Shown: positions 9,155 to 19,212, counted from the first letter of the stretch. The stretch: DNA of 35,279 bases from Deltaproteobacteria bacterium (GCA_019313505.1 JAFDBA010000006.1:1-35279); one strand, 5' to 3'. Notes: a model not told the origin generated them from the sequence alone. Made by a program: numbers and translations.

Positions 9155-9193
9155 GATTAAAATTTGAGTCTGACGCAGATATTGGCGGAAAAG
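9155..9193 (+). repeat. short dispersed repeat, copy 1 (AAATTTGAGyCTGACGC core)
   Basis: gattaaaatttgagtctgacgcagatattggcggaaaag matches the reverse complement of 16252-16289 (gattgaaatttgagcctgacgccgggattgggaaaaag) at roughly 31 of 39 positions. This includes a 17-mer core with one mismatch. Confidence 0.5.
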
Positions 9194-9215
9194 ACAGTTT
9201 TCGTTCAGGCACTAT

Positions 9216-9980
9216 CTACAAACTATTACTGATAATCCGCAATCCTTCCAGAGTCAAGTCCGGTTCAACAACTTCAATGGTTTCTGATACTTGACACATA
9301 AGTTCTGCCAGACCTCCTGTTGCAATTACCCGGGGGTTTGTGTCCATTTCGATTTTCATTCGCCTAACCATTCCATCCACAAGTCCTGCATATCCAAAAA
9401 TAATTCCCGCCTTAATACTGCTTGCAGTATCTTTGCCGATTACGTTTTCAGGTGGAACAAAGATTTCGACCCTGGGAAGTTTGGACGCTTTCATGAACAG
9501 GGCTTCAGAAGCAATCATGATCCCGGGACTGATTGCACCGCCGAGGTATTCTCCCTTTTCTGAAATAGAATCAAAGGTTGTGGCTGTCCCAAAATCTATA
9601 ACAACAAGACTGGTTTGGTACTTGTGAAATGCCGCAACTGCGTTGACAATCCTGTCTGCCCCTACTTCTGATGGATTTTTATAACGTATCGGCAGGTTTG
9701 GAACTGACATGGCATCGACCCAGTACGGTGCGTGTCCCAGGTATTTACGACAGAAAGAATCGAGAATTGTTACCATGGGTGGAACCACGCAGGAGATAAT
9801 AGTCTTGCCGATTTTTTTAGAACTGATATTACCTTCGGAAAAAAGATTGGCGGCAAGGACGTTAAACTCATCTTCTGTCGTACGTCTTTCCGTGCGTATC
9901 CGCCAGTCTTTGACAAGATACCTGCCGTCGTAAACACCGATTACAGTGTTGGTATTCCCAATATCGATGACGAGAAGCAT
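9216..9980 (-). CDS. coaX: type III pantothenate kinase
   Basis: MLLVIDIGNTNTVIGVY..., GADRIVNAVAA and VIDFGTATTFD are CoaX/ASKHA-fold motifs. Confidence 0.9.
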   Translation of the reverse strand: MLLVIDIGNTNTVIGVYDGRYLVKDWRIRTERRTTEDEFNVLAANLFSEGNISSKKIGKTIISCVVPPMVTILDSFCRKYLGHAPYWVDAMSVPNLPIRYKNPSEVGADRIVNAVAAFHKYQTSLVVIDFGTATTFDSISEKGEYLGGAISPGIMIASEALFMKASKLPRVEIFVPPENVIGKDTASSIKAGIIFGYAGLVDGMVRRMKIEMDTNPRVIATGGLAELMCQVSETIEVVEPDLTLEGLRIISNSL

Positions 9981-10002
9981 GGTTATAAATTCCTTTTCCT
10001 CA

Positions 10003-10941
10003 CTATATTTTTTCCTTACCGATCTTCACTCTAAACTTCTCTGGATCTGCGCTAATAAGAGTGGTTTTAACAGGTAACGTTATGGTTGCCCTTTTAACAT
10101 AAGCCCCTGGTTTCAATCCTTTGAGATCAACATAAACCTTAATCCATTTTTCCGTATGAAGCTTTTCAATAATATTAACAGGTCCTTTAACTTCAACATT
10201 TATTGCCGGTGGCATAATACTGTAAATGTACGGACTGTTTTTGCCCTCAACCTGAATATCCAAAAACTTTTTGTTAACAATTTTTTCTTGTATCGATATT
10301 TCAGCAAAAATAACCTTCGAAGGAGAAATGATCTCAAGATCTTCGACAAGGTCCAGAACCACTTCTCTTTTAAAAGATTCTGACAGCCCTTTTATTTCAA
10401 TCGGTTTTGTCAGTACTTTATCCATAGGTCCAAGGATATTTTCAGGTCCTTGCAGAACAACCGATAATGGTCTGGAAACTGCATCTGCAACTGTAAATCC
10501 TGCAGCAGGCTTTCCAGAAAATAAAATTTTAACCGGCAGTTCCTTTTTACTTTTATTTTCGATGGCTACGGTTAAAAACGTCGGGTTTATTTTCCCAATG
10601 GCTATCCCTTCAGGAAGGATGATACGATCCTTTTTTATCGGAATAGAGTTGATCCCAACGTGTACTCGGGATAGGTCAAGCATATATCGTATTTTCAGGT
10701 CAGAAAGGGTTCGGATTTTCGATTTCCGGCCACGGACGTGAACTTCTATCCGTTTTAGCAACGGACCTGTTATGGTCAGTCCTGTCGGGATTTGAACGAA
10801 ATCAACCGGAACAAGTATAACTGTTTCTTGTAATGATGAGCAGGACACCGGTAAAAAAAAACAAACCCCAAGCAAAAAACACAAAACAGACCATTTTAAA
10901 TTCAGTGTGCGTAATATCGATAGTCGACTATGGTTGTTCAT
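10003..10941 (-). CDS. YbbR-domain (CdaR-like) membrane-anchored protein
   Basis: It has an N-terminal TM/signal segment (LKWSVLCFLLGVCFFLPVS). Repeated beta-rich modules of about 90 aa follow, with recurring 'V.V.G....L' patterns (IEVHVRGRKSKIRTL, LSVVLQGPENILGPM, INVEVKGPVNIIEKL), as in YbbR repeats. It lies downstream of ftsH-folP, the usual CdaA-CdaR neighbourhood. Confidence 0.6.
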   Translation of the reverse strand: MNNHSRLSILRTLNLKWSVLCFLLGVCFFLPVSCSSLQETVILVPVDFVQIPTGLTITGPLLKRIEVHVRGRKSKIRTLSDLKIRYMLDLSRVHVGINSIPIKKDRIILPEGIAIGKINPTFLTVAIENKSKKELPVKILFSGKPAAGFTVADAVSRPLSVVLQGPENILGPMDKVLTKPIEIKGLSESFKREVVLDLVEDLEIISPSKVIFAEISIQEKIVNKKFLDIQVEGKNSPYIYSIMPPAINVEVKGPVNIIEKLHTEKWIKVYVDLKGLKPGAYVKRATITLPVKTTLISADPEKFRVKIGKEKI

Positions 10942-10994
10942 AGTTGAAGCGCTAATATTTTTTAAAAGTTGGACTTATTACAAGACCGGCACCA

Positions 10995-11870
10995 TTAGCT
11001 GTTTTGTACATTATAAATTGCATCAATGATTTTTAAGGTTATACGTGTATTTGCAACATTGTGGACTCTGACCATTTGGGCGCCGTTCAAAACTGCAGCG
11101 GCAACTGAAGCCTGGGTGCCGATTTCCACTTCAGCCAGGTCGGGGTTAATATCTTTTACGGTCTTATCTTTAAGGATGTTTCGTATAAAGGCTTTTCTGG
11201 AAGAACCGATCAGAATAGGGACATCCAGTGTTTTAAATTCATGCAGGTGTTTAATTAATAAAAGATTATGTTCAATAGTTTTCCCGAAGCCGATTCCAGG
11301 ATCGATGATGATTTTTGACTTTGAAATTCCTCTACTTTCAGCATAATCGACAGCACTTTTTAAAAATTCTTTGATTTCTTTTATAAGATCATCATAAACA
11401 GGATCAGCCTGCATGGTTTTTGGGGTTCCAAGCATATGCATCAAAATTACCGGAACATCGTATTCTGCTGCAACATCTGCAATACCGTGATCAAGACGCA
11501 ATGCTGAAACATCGTTTATCATGGAAGCGCCGGCTTCAATAGCCCTTCTGGCAACACCAGCCTTAGTTGTATCTATGGAAATGGGAATTGAAATACGTGC
11601 TGCAAGGTTTTCAATCACGGGTACAACACGCCGGATTTCCTCTTCGGTAGATACCGCATCAGAAAAAGGGCGTGTAGATTCTCCGCCTATATCAAGTATG
11701 TCGGCCCCGTCTTCAAAAAGTTTTTGGCCTTGAGCCACGGCGTCATCTAACGTGAAAAATTCTCCGCCATCTGAAAATGAATCCGGCGTAACATTTAAAA
11801 TACCCATGACACAGGTACGCTTACCCAGAACCAGCCTGTGTTCGCCCCATACAAGGTTGTATGTTTTCAT
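10995..11870 (-). CDS. folP: dihydropteroate synthase
   Basis: GILNVTPDSFSDGG, DIGGESTRP, SIDT, INDVS and GIGFGK are pterin-binding-domain motifs. Confidence 0.9.
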   Translation of the reverse strand: MKTYNLVWGEHRLVLGKRTCVMGILNVTPDSFSDGGEFFTLDDAVAQGQKLFEDGADILDIGGESTRPFSDAVSTEEEIRRVVPVIENLAARISIPISIDTTKAGVARRAIEAGASMINDVSALRLDHGIADVAAEYDVPVILMHMLGTPKTMQADPVYDDLIKEIKEFLKSAVDYAESRGISKSKIIIDPGIGFGKTIEHNLLLIKHLHEFKTLDVPILIGSSRKAFIRNILKDKTVKDINPDLAEVEIGTQASVAAAVLNGAQMVRVHNVANTRITLKIIDAIYNVQNS

Positions 11871-11913
11871 ATGTGCTTGTTAAGTAAAACGTATAGGAAA
11901 TTCTATAAATATT

Positions 11914-13833
11914 TTAAGATGCGGACTGCTCGCTTTCAGTTTCGGTTTTGTTTTCTACCGTATCTTCTTCATTTTCAACCTGAACTTGTTTGTCGGTTTT
12001 CTCTTCGAAAGACGTCTTTGATGGAAACTCATATCCAGGTTTCATGGAAAGAATGAGTTCATCAAGCTCACTTCCCGGAACAGTCTCTTTTTCAAGCAGA
12101 CGGTCCGCCAGAGCATGAAGGATATCTAAATTTTCACTTAAGGTTTTTTTTGCGCGATTGTAAGCTTTTTTGATAAGATTATTTATTTCTTGGTCAATTT
12201 TCCGTGCCGTTTCTTCAGAATAATCCCTGTGCTGTGCTATTTCACGCCCCAGGAAAATATGCTCATCATCTTTTGCAAAAGAAAGGGGACCCAAATCTTC
12301 GCTCATACCCCAGTTGCGTATCATCTTCTGGGCAAGATCGGTCGCCTGTTTGATATCGTTGGCAGCGCCGGTACTGATGCGGTTAAAAATAATTTCTTCG
12401 GCCACTCGTCCGCCGAAAGCAACCGACAGTTCGTTTTCAAGCTGATCTTTAAATTTGAAATCCCTTTCTTCGGGCAAAAACCATGTAATACCGGCGGCAC
12501 GTCCCCGTGGAATAATAGTTATCTTGTTGACGGCATCCGTATCCGGAAGAAACCGAGCGACAAGGGCGTGTCCTCCTTCGTGATATGCCGTGATCTTTCT
12601 GTCTTCTTCCCTGACAACTTTTGATTTACGTTCCAATCCCATATAGACTTTGTCCTTGGCATCTTCCAGGTCAGACATATCAATTTTTTCTTTGTCTCTT
12701 TTAGCGCCGAGCAAAGCCGCTTCGTTGACAAGGTTTTCCAGATCTGCGCCGGAAAAACCGGGGGTGCCTCTTGCCAGTACAACTAGGTTTACATCGGATG
12801 CTGTCGGCGTTTTTTTTATATGAACCTTAAGAATCTTTTCACGGCCCAAAATATCCGGCAGGGGAACAACCACCTGACGATCAAAACGTCCGGGCCGCAA
12901 AAGAGCCGGGTCGAGCACATCAGGCCGGTTTGTAGCGGAAATAAGAATAACACCTTCGTTTGATTCAAAACCGTCCATTTCAACCAGAAGCTGGTTTAAT
13001 GTCTGTTCTCTTTCGTCGTGTCCTCCGCCTAACCCGGCTCCTCTGTGTCTTCCAACAGCATCAATTTCATCAATGAAGATAATGCAGGGCGCATTCTTTT
13101 TACCCTGTACAAATAGATCTCTGACCCGTGACGCCCCAACGCCGACAAACATTTCCACAAAATCGGAACCGCTGATATTAAAAAACGGAACATCAGCTTC
13201 ACCTGCAATAGCACGAGCCAAAAGGGTTTTGCCTGTACCGGGCGATCCCATCAGGAGAACGCCTTTGGGTATCCGTCCTCCAAGACGCGTAAATTTCTTC
13301 GGCTCTTTAAGAAACTCTATTATTTCGCCGAGTTCTTCTTTGGCCTCATCGATCCCGGCGACATCTTCAAAAGTAACTTTCTTCGTTTGGTCGGATTGCA
13401 GGCGTGCCCGGCTTTTGCCAAAAGACATGGCCTTGCCCCCGCCGGATTGCATCTGACGCATAAAAAAGATCCATACGCCTATTAGTACAATCATCGGAAA
13501 CCATGAAACCAGAACATTCATGTACCAGGGAGAATCGGTTTCCGGTTTGGCGTTAATCGTAACCCCTTTTTGCCGGAGGATCTTGACAAGGTCGGTATCC
13601 TGTGGTGCATATACCTTGAAACGATTGTGGTTTGCATCCGTGACAAAGAGTTCATGCCCCTGAATGACTACATCGGGAATGCTCCCTTTATCGACCATGG
13701 ATAGAAATTCAGTATAGCTGATATTTGTCTCGGCAATGTGCTGTTGATTGAAGAGATTATAAAGCATGATCATCATCAGCGTGATGACTATCCATAAAGC
13801 CAGATTCTTATAAAAAGGATTCAAAAGCCTCAA
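11914..13833 (-). CDS. ftsH: ATP-dependent zinc metalloprotease FtsH
   Basis: It has two N-terminal TM segments, the AAA+ Walker [19 protein letters not shown], Walker [10 protein letters not shown], the SRH region, and the zinc motif HEGGHAL. Confidence 0.95.
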   Translation of the reverse strand: MRLLNPFYKNLALWIVITLMMIMLYNLFNQQHIAETNISYTEFLSMVDKGSIPDVVIQGHELFVTDANHNRFKVYAPQDTDLVKILRQKGVTINAKPETDSPWYMNVLVSWFPMIVLIGVWIFFMRQMQSGGGKAMSFGKSRARLQSDQTKKVTFEDVAGIDEAKEELGEIIEFLKEPKKFTRLGGRIPKGVLLMGSPGTGKTLLARAIAGEADVPFFNISGSDFVEMFVGVGASRVRDLFVQGKKNAPCIIFIDEIDAVGRHRGAGLGGGHDEREQTLNQLLVEMDGFESNEGVILISATNRPDVLDPALLRPGRFDRQVVVPLPDILGREKILKVHIKKTPTASDVNLVVLARGTPGFSGADLENLVNEAALLGAKRDKEKIDMSDLEDAKDKVYMGLERKSKVVREEDRKITAYHEGGHALVARFLPDTDAVNKITIIPRGRAAGITWFLPEERDFKFKDQLENELSVAFGGRVAEEIIFNRISTGAANDIKQATDLAQKMIRNWGMSEDLGPLSFAKDDEHIFLGREIAQHRDYSEETARKIDQEINNLIKKAYNRAKKTLSENLDILHALADRLLEKETVPGSELDELILSMKPGYEFPSKTSFEEKTDKQVQVENEEDTVENKTETESEQSAS

Positions 13834-13887
13834 CCCCCTGTAAAATGATTAAATTAATTATAGAATTATATTAAGCATTATTGTTAA

Positions 13888-15345
13888 TTAGGCAAGAGAA
13901 AGTTCAACTTTAAGTACATTTTTGGTTGAGGGCTCCACTTTTACAGATTCATCTATTCTATAACCGGCAACCCAGATTATTTTCCCTTGGGAAAGCAATA
14001 TAGGACATCTTGCGCGTTCTTTTCTTGGGACCTTTTTGTTGATAAAAAAATTTTTTATTTTTTGTGTTCCGGTCATACCCAGCGGCGTAAAACGGTCGCC
14101 ATGCCGAAAGTTTCTCAAAACCAGCGGAAAACTTAAGGCATCCCTGTCAAAAAAACCGGTATTTTGTCCGGCATGACATAAGTCGGGCAGATTTTCTATG
14201 CCCATTTCGGTGAAGTTAATATGAGCACTGATTTCTTTTATGAATAACAATTCCGGTTTTGCTATTATGTATTCAAAAGTAAACATTTCTGCCCGGCCGG
14301 ATGTTATGTCCCTATGACGCATCGTGTTTTTTTCTCTGGAAAAGAGCAGAACGTCTCTTTTTCGCTGGATCCTGATACGATCCGGTAAATCAAGAGCTCC
14401 ATATTCCGGCCCTCTGTCCAAAAGATTTGTCACAGAATCTATATGGGCAAAATTAATACGCCTCAAATTCCCTTTTGTGATTGCAATCGCTTTTCTTATT
14501 ATCCGTCTTTGTGCTGCCACATGAATTTGGTTAAGAATTGAAACAGAGAGAGCAATCTGACCGTCCTGAATGTTGATAACCGCTTTTTTGAAGAGCGGGT
14601 GAATGACATCTTCAATCCATTCTTCTTCAGATCTGACGATTGAGGCAAGCCGGTTCAGATTTTGGGTGATTTTGGGATTATAAGATGTTTTTAACAGAGG
14701 AATTAAATCGTGACGTATCCTGTTCCTGAGAAATCTTGTGTCCCTATTGGATGAGTCAGATATATATTTTATTCCATTTTTATCCAGAAAAGCGATTATT
14801 TCGGAACGATTTGATCGTATTAACGGTCGGATAATCTTTCCGTCCCTTACCGGAGGAATGCCCGAAATACCCAGTGGACCGCTTCCTCTAAAAAGATTCA
14901 TTAATACAAGTTCTGCATTATCATCAAAATGATGGCCCAGTGCGATTTTATTAAAGCTGTTTTTTTCCGCCACTCTGTTTAAAAATGTGTGGCGAACGCG
15001 TCTGGCCGCTTCTTCCAGGGAAAGCTTGTTTTCAAGCTGATATTTACGGACATTCGCTTTATGAATATAACAAGGTATGTCGAACCTGGCGGCGAGAGAT
15101 GCAACAAATTCAGCATCCTTATCTGAATCGTTCTGGCGCAGGCAATGATCTAAATGTGCAACTCCAATCCTGAGGGAAAAGCGGGATGCTAATGTGAGAA
15201 GTACATGAAAAAGGGCCACTGAATCAGGCCCGCCGGATACACCGATAAGAACCGAATCTCCCGGTTTAAGCATTCCATAGGTTGTAACGGTCTGTTCAAC
15301 AGTATGTAATAACTTATTTTTGTAGCCTTTGTGCGATGCTGGCAT
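13888..15345 (-). CDS. tilS: tRNA(Ile)-lysidine synthase
   Basis: It has the PP-loop VLIGVSGGPDS, HLDHCLR, and a C-terminal TilS substrate domain (HGDRFTPLGM...KIKNFFINKKVP). Its first 32 nt overlap the upstream lipoprotein gene. Confidence 0.9.
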   Translation of the reverse strand: MPASHKGYKNKLLHTVEQTVTTYGMLKPGDSVLIGVSGGPDSVALFHVLLTLASRFSLRIGVAHLDHCLRQNDSDKDAEFVASLAARFDIPCYIHKANVRKYQLENKLSLEEAARRVRHTFLNRVAEKNSFNKIALGHHFDDNAELVLMNLFRGSGPLGISGIPPVRDGKIIRPLIRSNRSEIIAFLDKNGIKYISDSSNRDTRFLRNRIRHDLIPLLKTSYNPKITQNLNRLASIVRSEEEWIEDVIHPLFKKAVINIQDGQIALSVSILNQIHVAAQRRIIRKAIAITKGNLRRINFAHIDSVTNLLDRGPEYGALDLPDRIRIQRKRDVLLFSREKNTMRHRDITSGRAEMFTFEYIIAKPELLFIKEISAHINFTEMGIENLPDLCHAGQNTGFFDRDALSFPLVLRNFRHGDRFTPLGMTGTQKIKNFFINKKVPRKERARCPILLSQGKIIWVAGYRIDESVKVEPSTKNVLKVELSLA

Positions 15346-15709
15346 GAATAAGCTCGGAAACTTTTTTGTCCCATATTCCTACGATGCCCGAGCGGACGGA
15401 AACCTCGGTAGTACTGGGAGTTATCATTACAGTTTTTATTGTAACCGGTGTTCCGTCGGTTTGTTTGGCTTTAATATTTGCTTTAATACTGTCTGATGTT
15501 TTTTCTATCATCACCATCTCGAGACTTTTTAAAACTTCAACACATGCCCGATTGGTTTCATCAAACGTTGCTTGATAAGATGTTTTCAGCTCGCCGTTTG
15601 CATAAGTATACACACCTGCTCCTGCTCCTGCTCCTGCGAGAAAAACGGCACAACCTGAAGTTATGAAACAAGAGGATAACAATAAAAGAACTGAGGCTTT
15701 TCGTATCAT
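15314..15709 (-). CDS. small lipoprotein of unknown function (possibly DUF3568-like)
   Basis: It has a signal peptide with a lipobox (LLLLSSCFITSGC), then an AGAGAGAG linker and a roughly 100-aa soluble domain. The family assignment is from memory only. Confidence 0.55.
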   Translation of the reverse strand: MIRKASVLLLLSSCFITSGCAVFLAGAGAGAGVYTYANGELKTSYQATFDETNRACVEVLKSLEMVMIEKTSDSIKANIKAKQTDGTPVTIKTVMITPSTTEVSVRSGIVGIWDKKVSELIHASIAQRLQK

Positions 15710-15872
15710 AATTTACCTTTCATTTATTGAACTTTATGTTAAAATATTACCGCCTGTTTAAAATAAATTATTAAAGGAATATAGAAATGTCAACAAAAAA
15801 CACAGAATATAGCATCTGTTAATTTGGATTGTAGCTCATATTGTGGTAGGAAAGCCTATTATTTTTTTTAAC

Positions 15873-15901
15873 TTGATAAAATTTTTTACCGATTATATTT
15901 A
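15873..15901 (+). promoter_or_regulatory. candidate sigma70-type promoter for the SRP RNA gene
   Basis: TTGATA (15873-15878), a 17-nt spacer, then TATTTA (15896-15901). This places the start site at about 15907, where the SRP RNA 5' helix begins. Confidence 0.4.
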
Positions 15902-15904
15902 TAT

Positions 15905-16167
15905 TCGTGGTTGTGCTAGGCGGGGAGCTAGCGGTGCCCTTTTCCCGAAATCCGCTTCATGCGGGGCTGAATTCCCTCTTAAGGGTTTTTACCTGGGAGC
16001 CTATAAGTCAATCTGATCGGCCGCCGCGCAACAGACGGTTACGAACCTCGTCAGGTCCGGAAGGAAGCAGCGATAAGTAATGCAGTCTGTGTCGTGGATC
16101 GATCCCGGTCAAGCTTTTGGCTTATTATATTTCAGAAAAAGATCCGATGGAGGGTGCACAACCATTT
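15905..16167 (+). ncRNA. ffs: signal recognition particle RNA, long (Bacillus-type) form with Alu domain
   Basis: The domain IV hallmark GUCAGGUCCGGAAGGAAGCAGC lies at 16050-16071. The 5' part, GUGCUAGGCGGGGAGCUAGCGGUGCCC...AAUCCGCU...GGGGCUGAAUUCCCUCUUAAGGG, closely parallels the B. subtilis scRNA Alu-domain sequence as I recall it. The 5' end GUGGUUGUGC (15907-15916) pairs with GCACAACCAU (16156-16165) to close the molecule. Confidence 0.85.
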
Positions 16168-16251
16168 ATTACGCTCATAGTGATAATTGACCTTACCTTC
16201 CACCAGTGCTCGGCCATCATATTTAAAATCGAGACCTTTGAAAAACACCCC

Positions 16252-16289
16252 CTTTTTCCCAATCCCGGCGTCAGGCTCAAATTTCAATC
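16252..16289 (-). repeat. short dispersed repeat, copy 2 (AAATTTGAGyCTGACGC core)
   Basis: See copy 1 at 9155-9193. This copy is in inverted orientation, between ffs and the grpE promoter region. Confidence 0.5.
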
Positions 16290-16330
16290 ATTAAATCCCA
16301 AACTCAAAATCTAAAATTCCTTTTTCTACC

Positions 16331-16358
16331 TTGACAATATGCCAGACAGTCTTATTTT
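16331..16358 (+). promoter_or_regulatory. candidate promoter for grpE-dnaK
   Basis: TTGACA (16331-16336), a 16-nt spacer, then TATTTT (16353-16358). I found no CIRCE inverted repeat (TTAGCACTC-N9-GAGTGCTAA) by eye. Confidence 0.35.
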
Positions 16359-16440
16359 TTTCAATGTTGTGGTATTAGCCCGTATTTTATGAAAAATCGG
16401 GTGTGTCATATTTAAAAAAATCAGGAGAAAGTTTCAGCTG

Positions 16441-17058
16441 ATGGGAGCAAAAAAAAAGAAAATCGAAATTCATACTGAAATCGAAGAAAACGGTAAACAA
16501 AAGAAAACTTCTAAAGAGATCGGTTCAGGCAAAAAGGACAAAAAAAAGACCGGTGATCCTTTAAAAGATATGGAAGCAAGGCTTGAATCCATGGAACAGG
16601 AGTCAAAAGATTCCCATGACCGTTTCTTAAGAGTTTCCGCTGAGTTTGAAAACTACAAAAAGCGTGCCGCACGTGAAATTAATGACTTCAGAAAATTTGC
16701 CAATGAAAGTTTCGTTAAGGCGATGCTTCCCGTGGTCGATAATCTTGACCGTGCCATAGAATCTTCAAGTGATGATGATCACTCAATCAGGTCTGTGGTG
16801 GAGGGTGTAAACATGACCCTCAAAGAAATACTGAAGATTTTTGAGCAATTTAGCGTGAAACCGTTTGAGTCTTTAGGAAAAACTTTTGATCCCGCTTTGC
16901 ACCAGGCTGTTATGCAAAAAGAGACAGATAATCATCCCGAAAAAACTATTTTAAATGAACTTGAGAAAGGGTACATGATGCATGACAGGTTGCTCAGACC
17001 TGCCATGGTTGTTGTATCAAAAAAAACAGACTCAGAAAACCAAGAAAATCAAGCTTAA
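16441..17058 (+). CDS. grpE: nucleotide exchange factor GrpE
   Basis: It has a Lys-rich N-terminus, then RVSAEFENYKKRAAREI and the C-terminal ...GYMMHDRLLRPAMVVVS, typical of GrpE. It lies immediately upstream of dnaK. Confidence 0.9.
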   Translation: MGAKKKKIEIHTEIEENGKQKKTSKEIGSGKKDKKKTGDPLKDMEARLESMEQESKDSHDRFLRVSAEFENYKKRAAREINDFRKFANESFVKAMLPVVDNLDRAIESSSDDDHSIRSVVEGVNMTLKEILKIFEQFSVKPFESLGKTFDPALHQAVMQKETDNHPEKTILNELEKGYMMHDRLLRPAMVVVSKKTDSENQENQA

Positions 17059-17107
17059 GAAAAGTAGAAAATAAAAAAGGTTATATCTAAGGTAAGGAGG
17101 AAAACAG

Positions 17108-19036
17108 ATGAGTAAAATCATTGGAATCGATCTCGGCACTACAAATTCATGTGTAGCGATTATGGAGGGGAGTGAAGCCAAAATTATCACAAACCCTGAG
17201 GGAGGGCGTACAACACCTTCTGTTGTGGCCGTTTCAGACAGCAATGAGAGATTAGTCGGTCAAATCGCAAAACGACAGTCAATCACAAACCCTGAGAATA
17301 CAGTTTTTGGTATAAAAAGGCTTATCGGCCGTAAATATGGAACCAAAGAAGTACAGGACGATATTAAAATACTTCCCTATAAGATTGAACAGGCAGAGAA
17401 TGGCGATGTCAGAATAAATATGCGGGGCAAGTTAAATAGTCCGGCGGAGATATCATCCTTTATCTTGGCTAATATCAAAAATACAGCCGAGGAATATCTT
17501 GGAGAGAAAGTCACCGATGCTGTTATAACTGTCCCTGCCTATTTTGATGACAATCAGAGACAGGCAACCAAAGATGCCGGAAAAATTGCCGGTCTTAATG
17601 TGCTAAGGATCATTAATGAACCGACTGCCGCATCACTTGCATATGGTCTAGACAAGAAAAGCGAAGAAAAAATTGTTGTCTTTGATCTGGGCGGCGGTAC
17701 ATTTGATGTCTCCATACTTGAAATCGGCGAAGGGGTTTTCGAAGTAAAAGCAACGAATGGTGATACCCATCTCGGCGGCGAAGATTTCGACCTTAGGCTT
17801 ATCAATTACCTGGCAGATGAATTCAAAAAAGATCAAGGGATTGATATAAGAAACGATAAAATGGCGTTACAGCGGCTGAAAGAAGCTGCTGAAAAAGCAA
17901 AAATGGAACTGTCCACTTCCATGGAAACAGATATTAATCTTCCATTTATTACAGCCGATGCTGCCGGTCCAAAGCACCTTAACATAAAGATAACCAGAGC
18001 CAAGCTTGAAGGGCTTATCAGTGATCTGCTGGACAAACTTGAAAAACCCTGTCAAATTGCGCTTAAGGATTCGGGACTGTCCACCAATGACATTCATGAA
18101 GTAATTCTTGTTGGCGGTATGACACGCATGCCTGCGGTTCAGGAACGCGTCAGGAAATTTTTTGGCAAAGAACCCCACAAAGGTGTTAACCCGGACGAAG
18201 TTGTTGCCACCGGCGCCGCCATTCAGGGAGGTGTCTTGAAAGGGGACGTAAAGGATGTTCTTCTTCTTGATGTTACACCTCTTTCTCTTGGCATAGAGAC
18301 CCTGGGCAGTGTCATGACACGGCTTATCGAAAAGAATACAACCATTCCGACCAAAAAGAGCCAGATTTTTTCAACAGCGGCTGACAGCCAGCCGGCTGTA
18401 TCTATCCATGTGCTGCAGGGAGAGCGGGAGATGGCCGCCGGTAACAAGACTCTTGGACGCTTCGAACTTGTGGGGATACCGCCGGCGCCGAGAGGTGTGC
18501 CGCAAATCGAGGTGACATTTGATATCGATGCCAACGGAATTGTGAACGTTTCCGCAAAAGATACGGCAACGGGTAAGGAGCAATCTATACAAATAACAGC
18601 TTCCAGTGGTTTATCCAAGGAAGAAATCGACAGCTTGATAAAGGATGCCGAGCTTCACGCTGAGGATGATAAAAAGAAAAAGGAGCTGGTTGAGGCCCGA
18701 AACTCGGCAGATGCGCTTATCTATTCAACGGAAAAATCGATGAAAGATCTTGGCGACAAGATCGATGATGCAACCAAGGGCAAGGTTGAAACTGCCATTG
18801 AACCGCTTAAAAAAGCCATGGAAGGGGATGATGTTGCAGAGATCAAACGCCTGAGCGAAGAGTTGACGCAGGCTGCCCATAAACTGGCAGAAGCCATGTA
18901 TCAGCAGGCTTCCCAGGAAGGTCAGCAACAGGCCGGAGCCGATACCGCAGGACCGGAGCAGCCTGGACCTTCTGCATCTGAAGAAGATGTTGTGGATGCT
19001 GATTTCGAAGAGGTAAAAGACGAAGACAAAAAGTAA
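17108..19036 (+). CDS. dnaK: molecular chaperone DnaK (Hsp70)
   Basis: [35 protein letters not shown], and an acidic C-terminal tail. A GGAGG Shine-Dalgarno sequence lies upstream. Confidence 0.97.
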   Translation: MSKIIGIDLGTTNSCVAIMEGSEAKIITNPEGGRTTPSVVAVSDSNERLVGQIAKRQSITNPENTVFGIKRLIGRKYGTKEVQDDIKILPYKIEQAENGDVRINMRGKLNSPAEISSFILANIKNTAEEYLGEKVTDAVITVPAYFDDNQRQATKDAGKIAGLNVLRIINEPTAASLAYGLDKKSEEKIVVFDLGGGTFDVSILEIGEGVFEVKATNGDTHLGGEDFDLRLINYLADEFKKDQGIDIRNDKMALQRLKEAAEKAKMELSTSMETDINLPFITADAAGPKHLNIKITRAKLEGLISDLLDKLEKPCQIALKDSGLSTNDIHEVILVGGMTRMPAVQERVRKFFGKEPHKGVNPDEVVATGAAIQGGVLKGDVKDVLLLDVTPLSLGIETLGSVMTRLIEKNTTIPTKKSQIFSTAADSQPAVSIHVLQGEREMAAGNKTLGRFELVGIPPAPRGVPQIEVTFDIDANGIVNVSAKDTATGKEQSIQITASSGLSKEEIDSLIKDAELHAEDDKKKKELVEARNSADALIYSTEKSMKDLGDKIDDATKGKVETAIEPLKKAMEGDDVAEIKRLSEELTQAAHKLAEAMYQQASQEGQQQAGADTAGPEQPGPSASEEDVVDADFEEVKDEDKK

Positions 19037-19058
19037 CAGCAAATAACATTTTAAATAA

Positions 19059-19096
19059 AAATCCCGCGTGCACTATTGTGCCGCGGGATTTTTTAT
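19059..19096 (+). terminator. rho-independent terminator of dnaK
   Basis: The stem atcccgcg (19061-19068) pairs with cgcgggat (19082-19089), and is followed by TTTTTTATTT. Confidence 0.85.
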
Positions 19097-19212
19097 TTAA
19101 TTTATTCCATAATTTTAAATATTTTGTTACAAAGACTTTAACTTCCGTAATCGTTGAACCCTGAACGTCTGAACCCGTTAACGGTTACCAAAATAGTAAT
19201 AAGGAGGCTAAG

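Noticed and set aside
15615-15637. A (CCTGCT)n hexanucleotide tandem repeat
   Set aside because: It lies in frame within the lipoprotein gene and encodes the AGAGAGAG flexible linker after the lipobox. This is ordinary low complexity, though it could vary in length.
16117-16314. A 65-aa + strand ORF
   Set aside because: Its 5' part overlaps the closing helix of the SRP RNA, and the rest runs through a dispersed repeat. It has no Shine-Dalgarno sequence and no recognisable protein features.
16170-16440. A CIRCE/HrcA operator upstream of grpE
   Set aside because: I found no TTAGCACTC-N9-GAGTGCTAA-like palindrome. Only a weak AGCCCG...CGGGTG inverted repeat is present.
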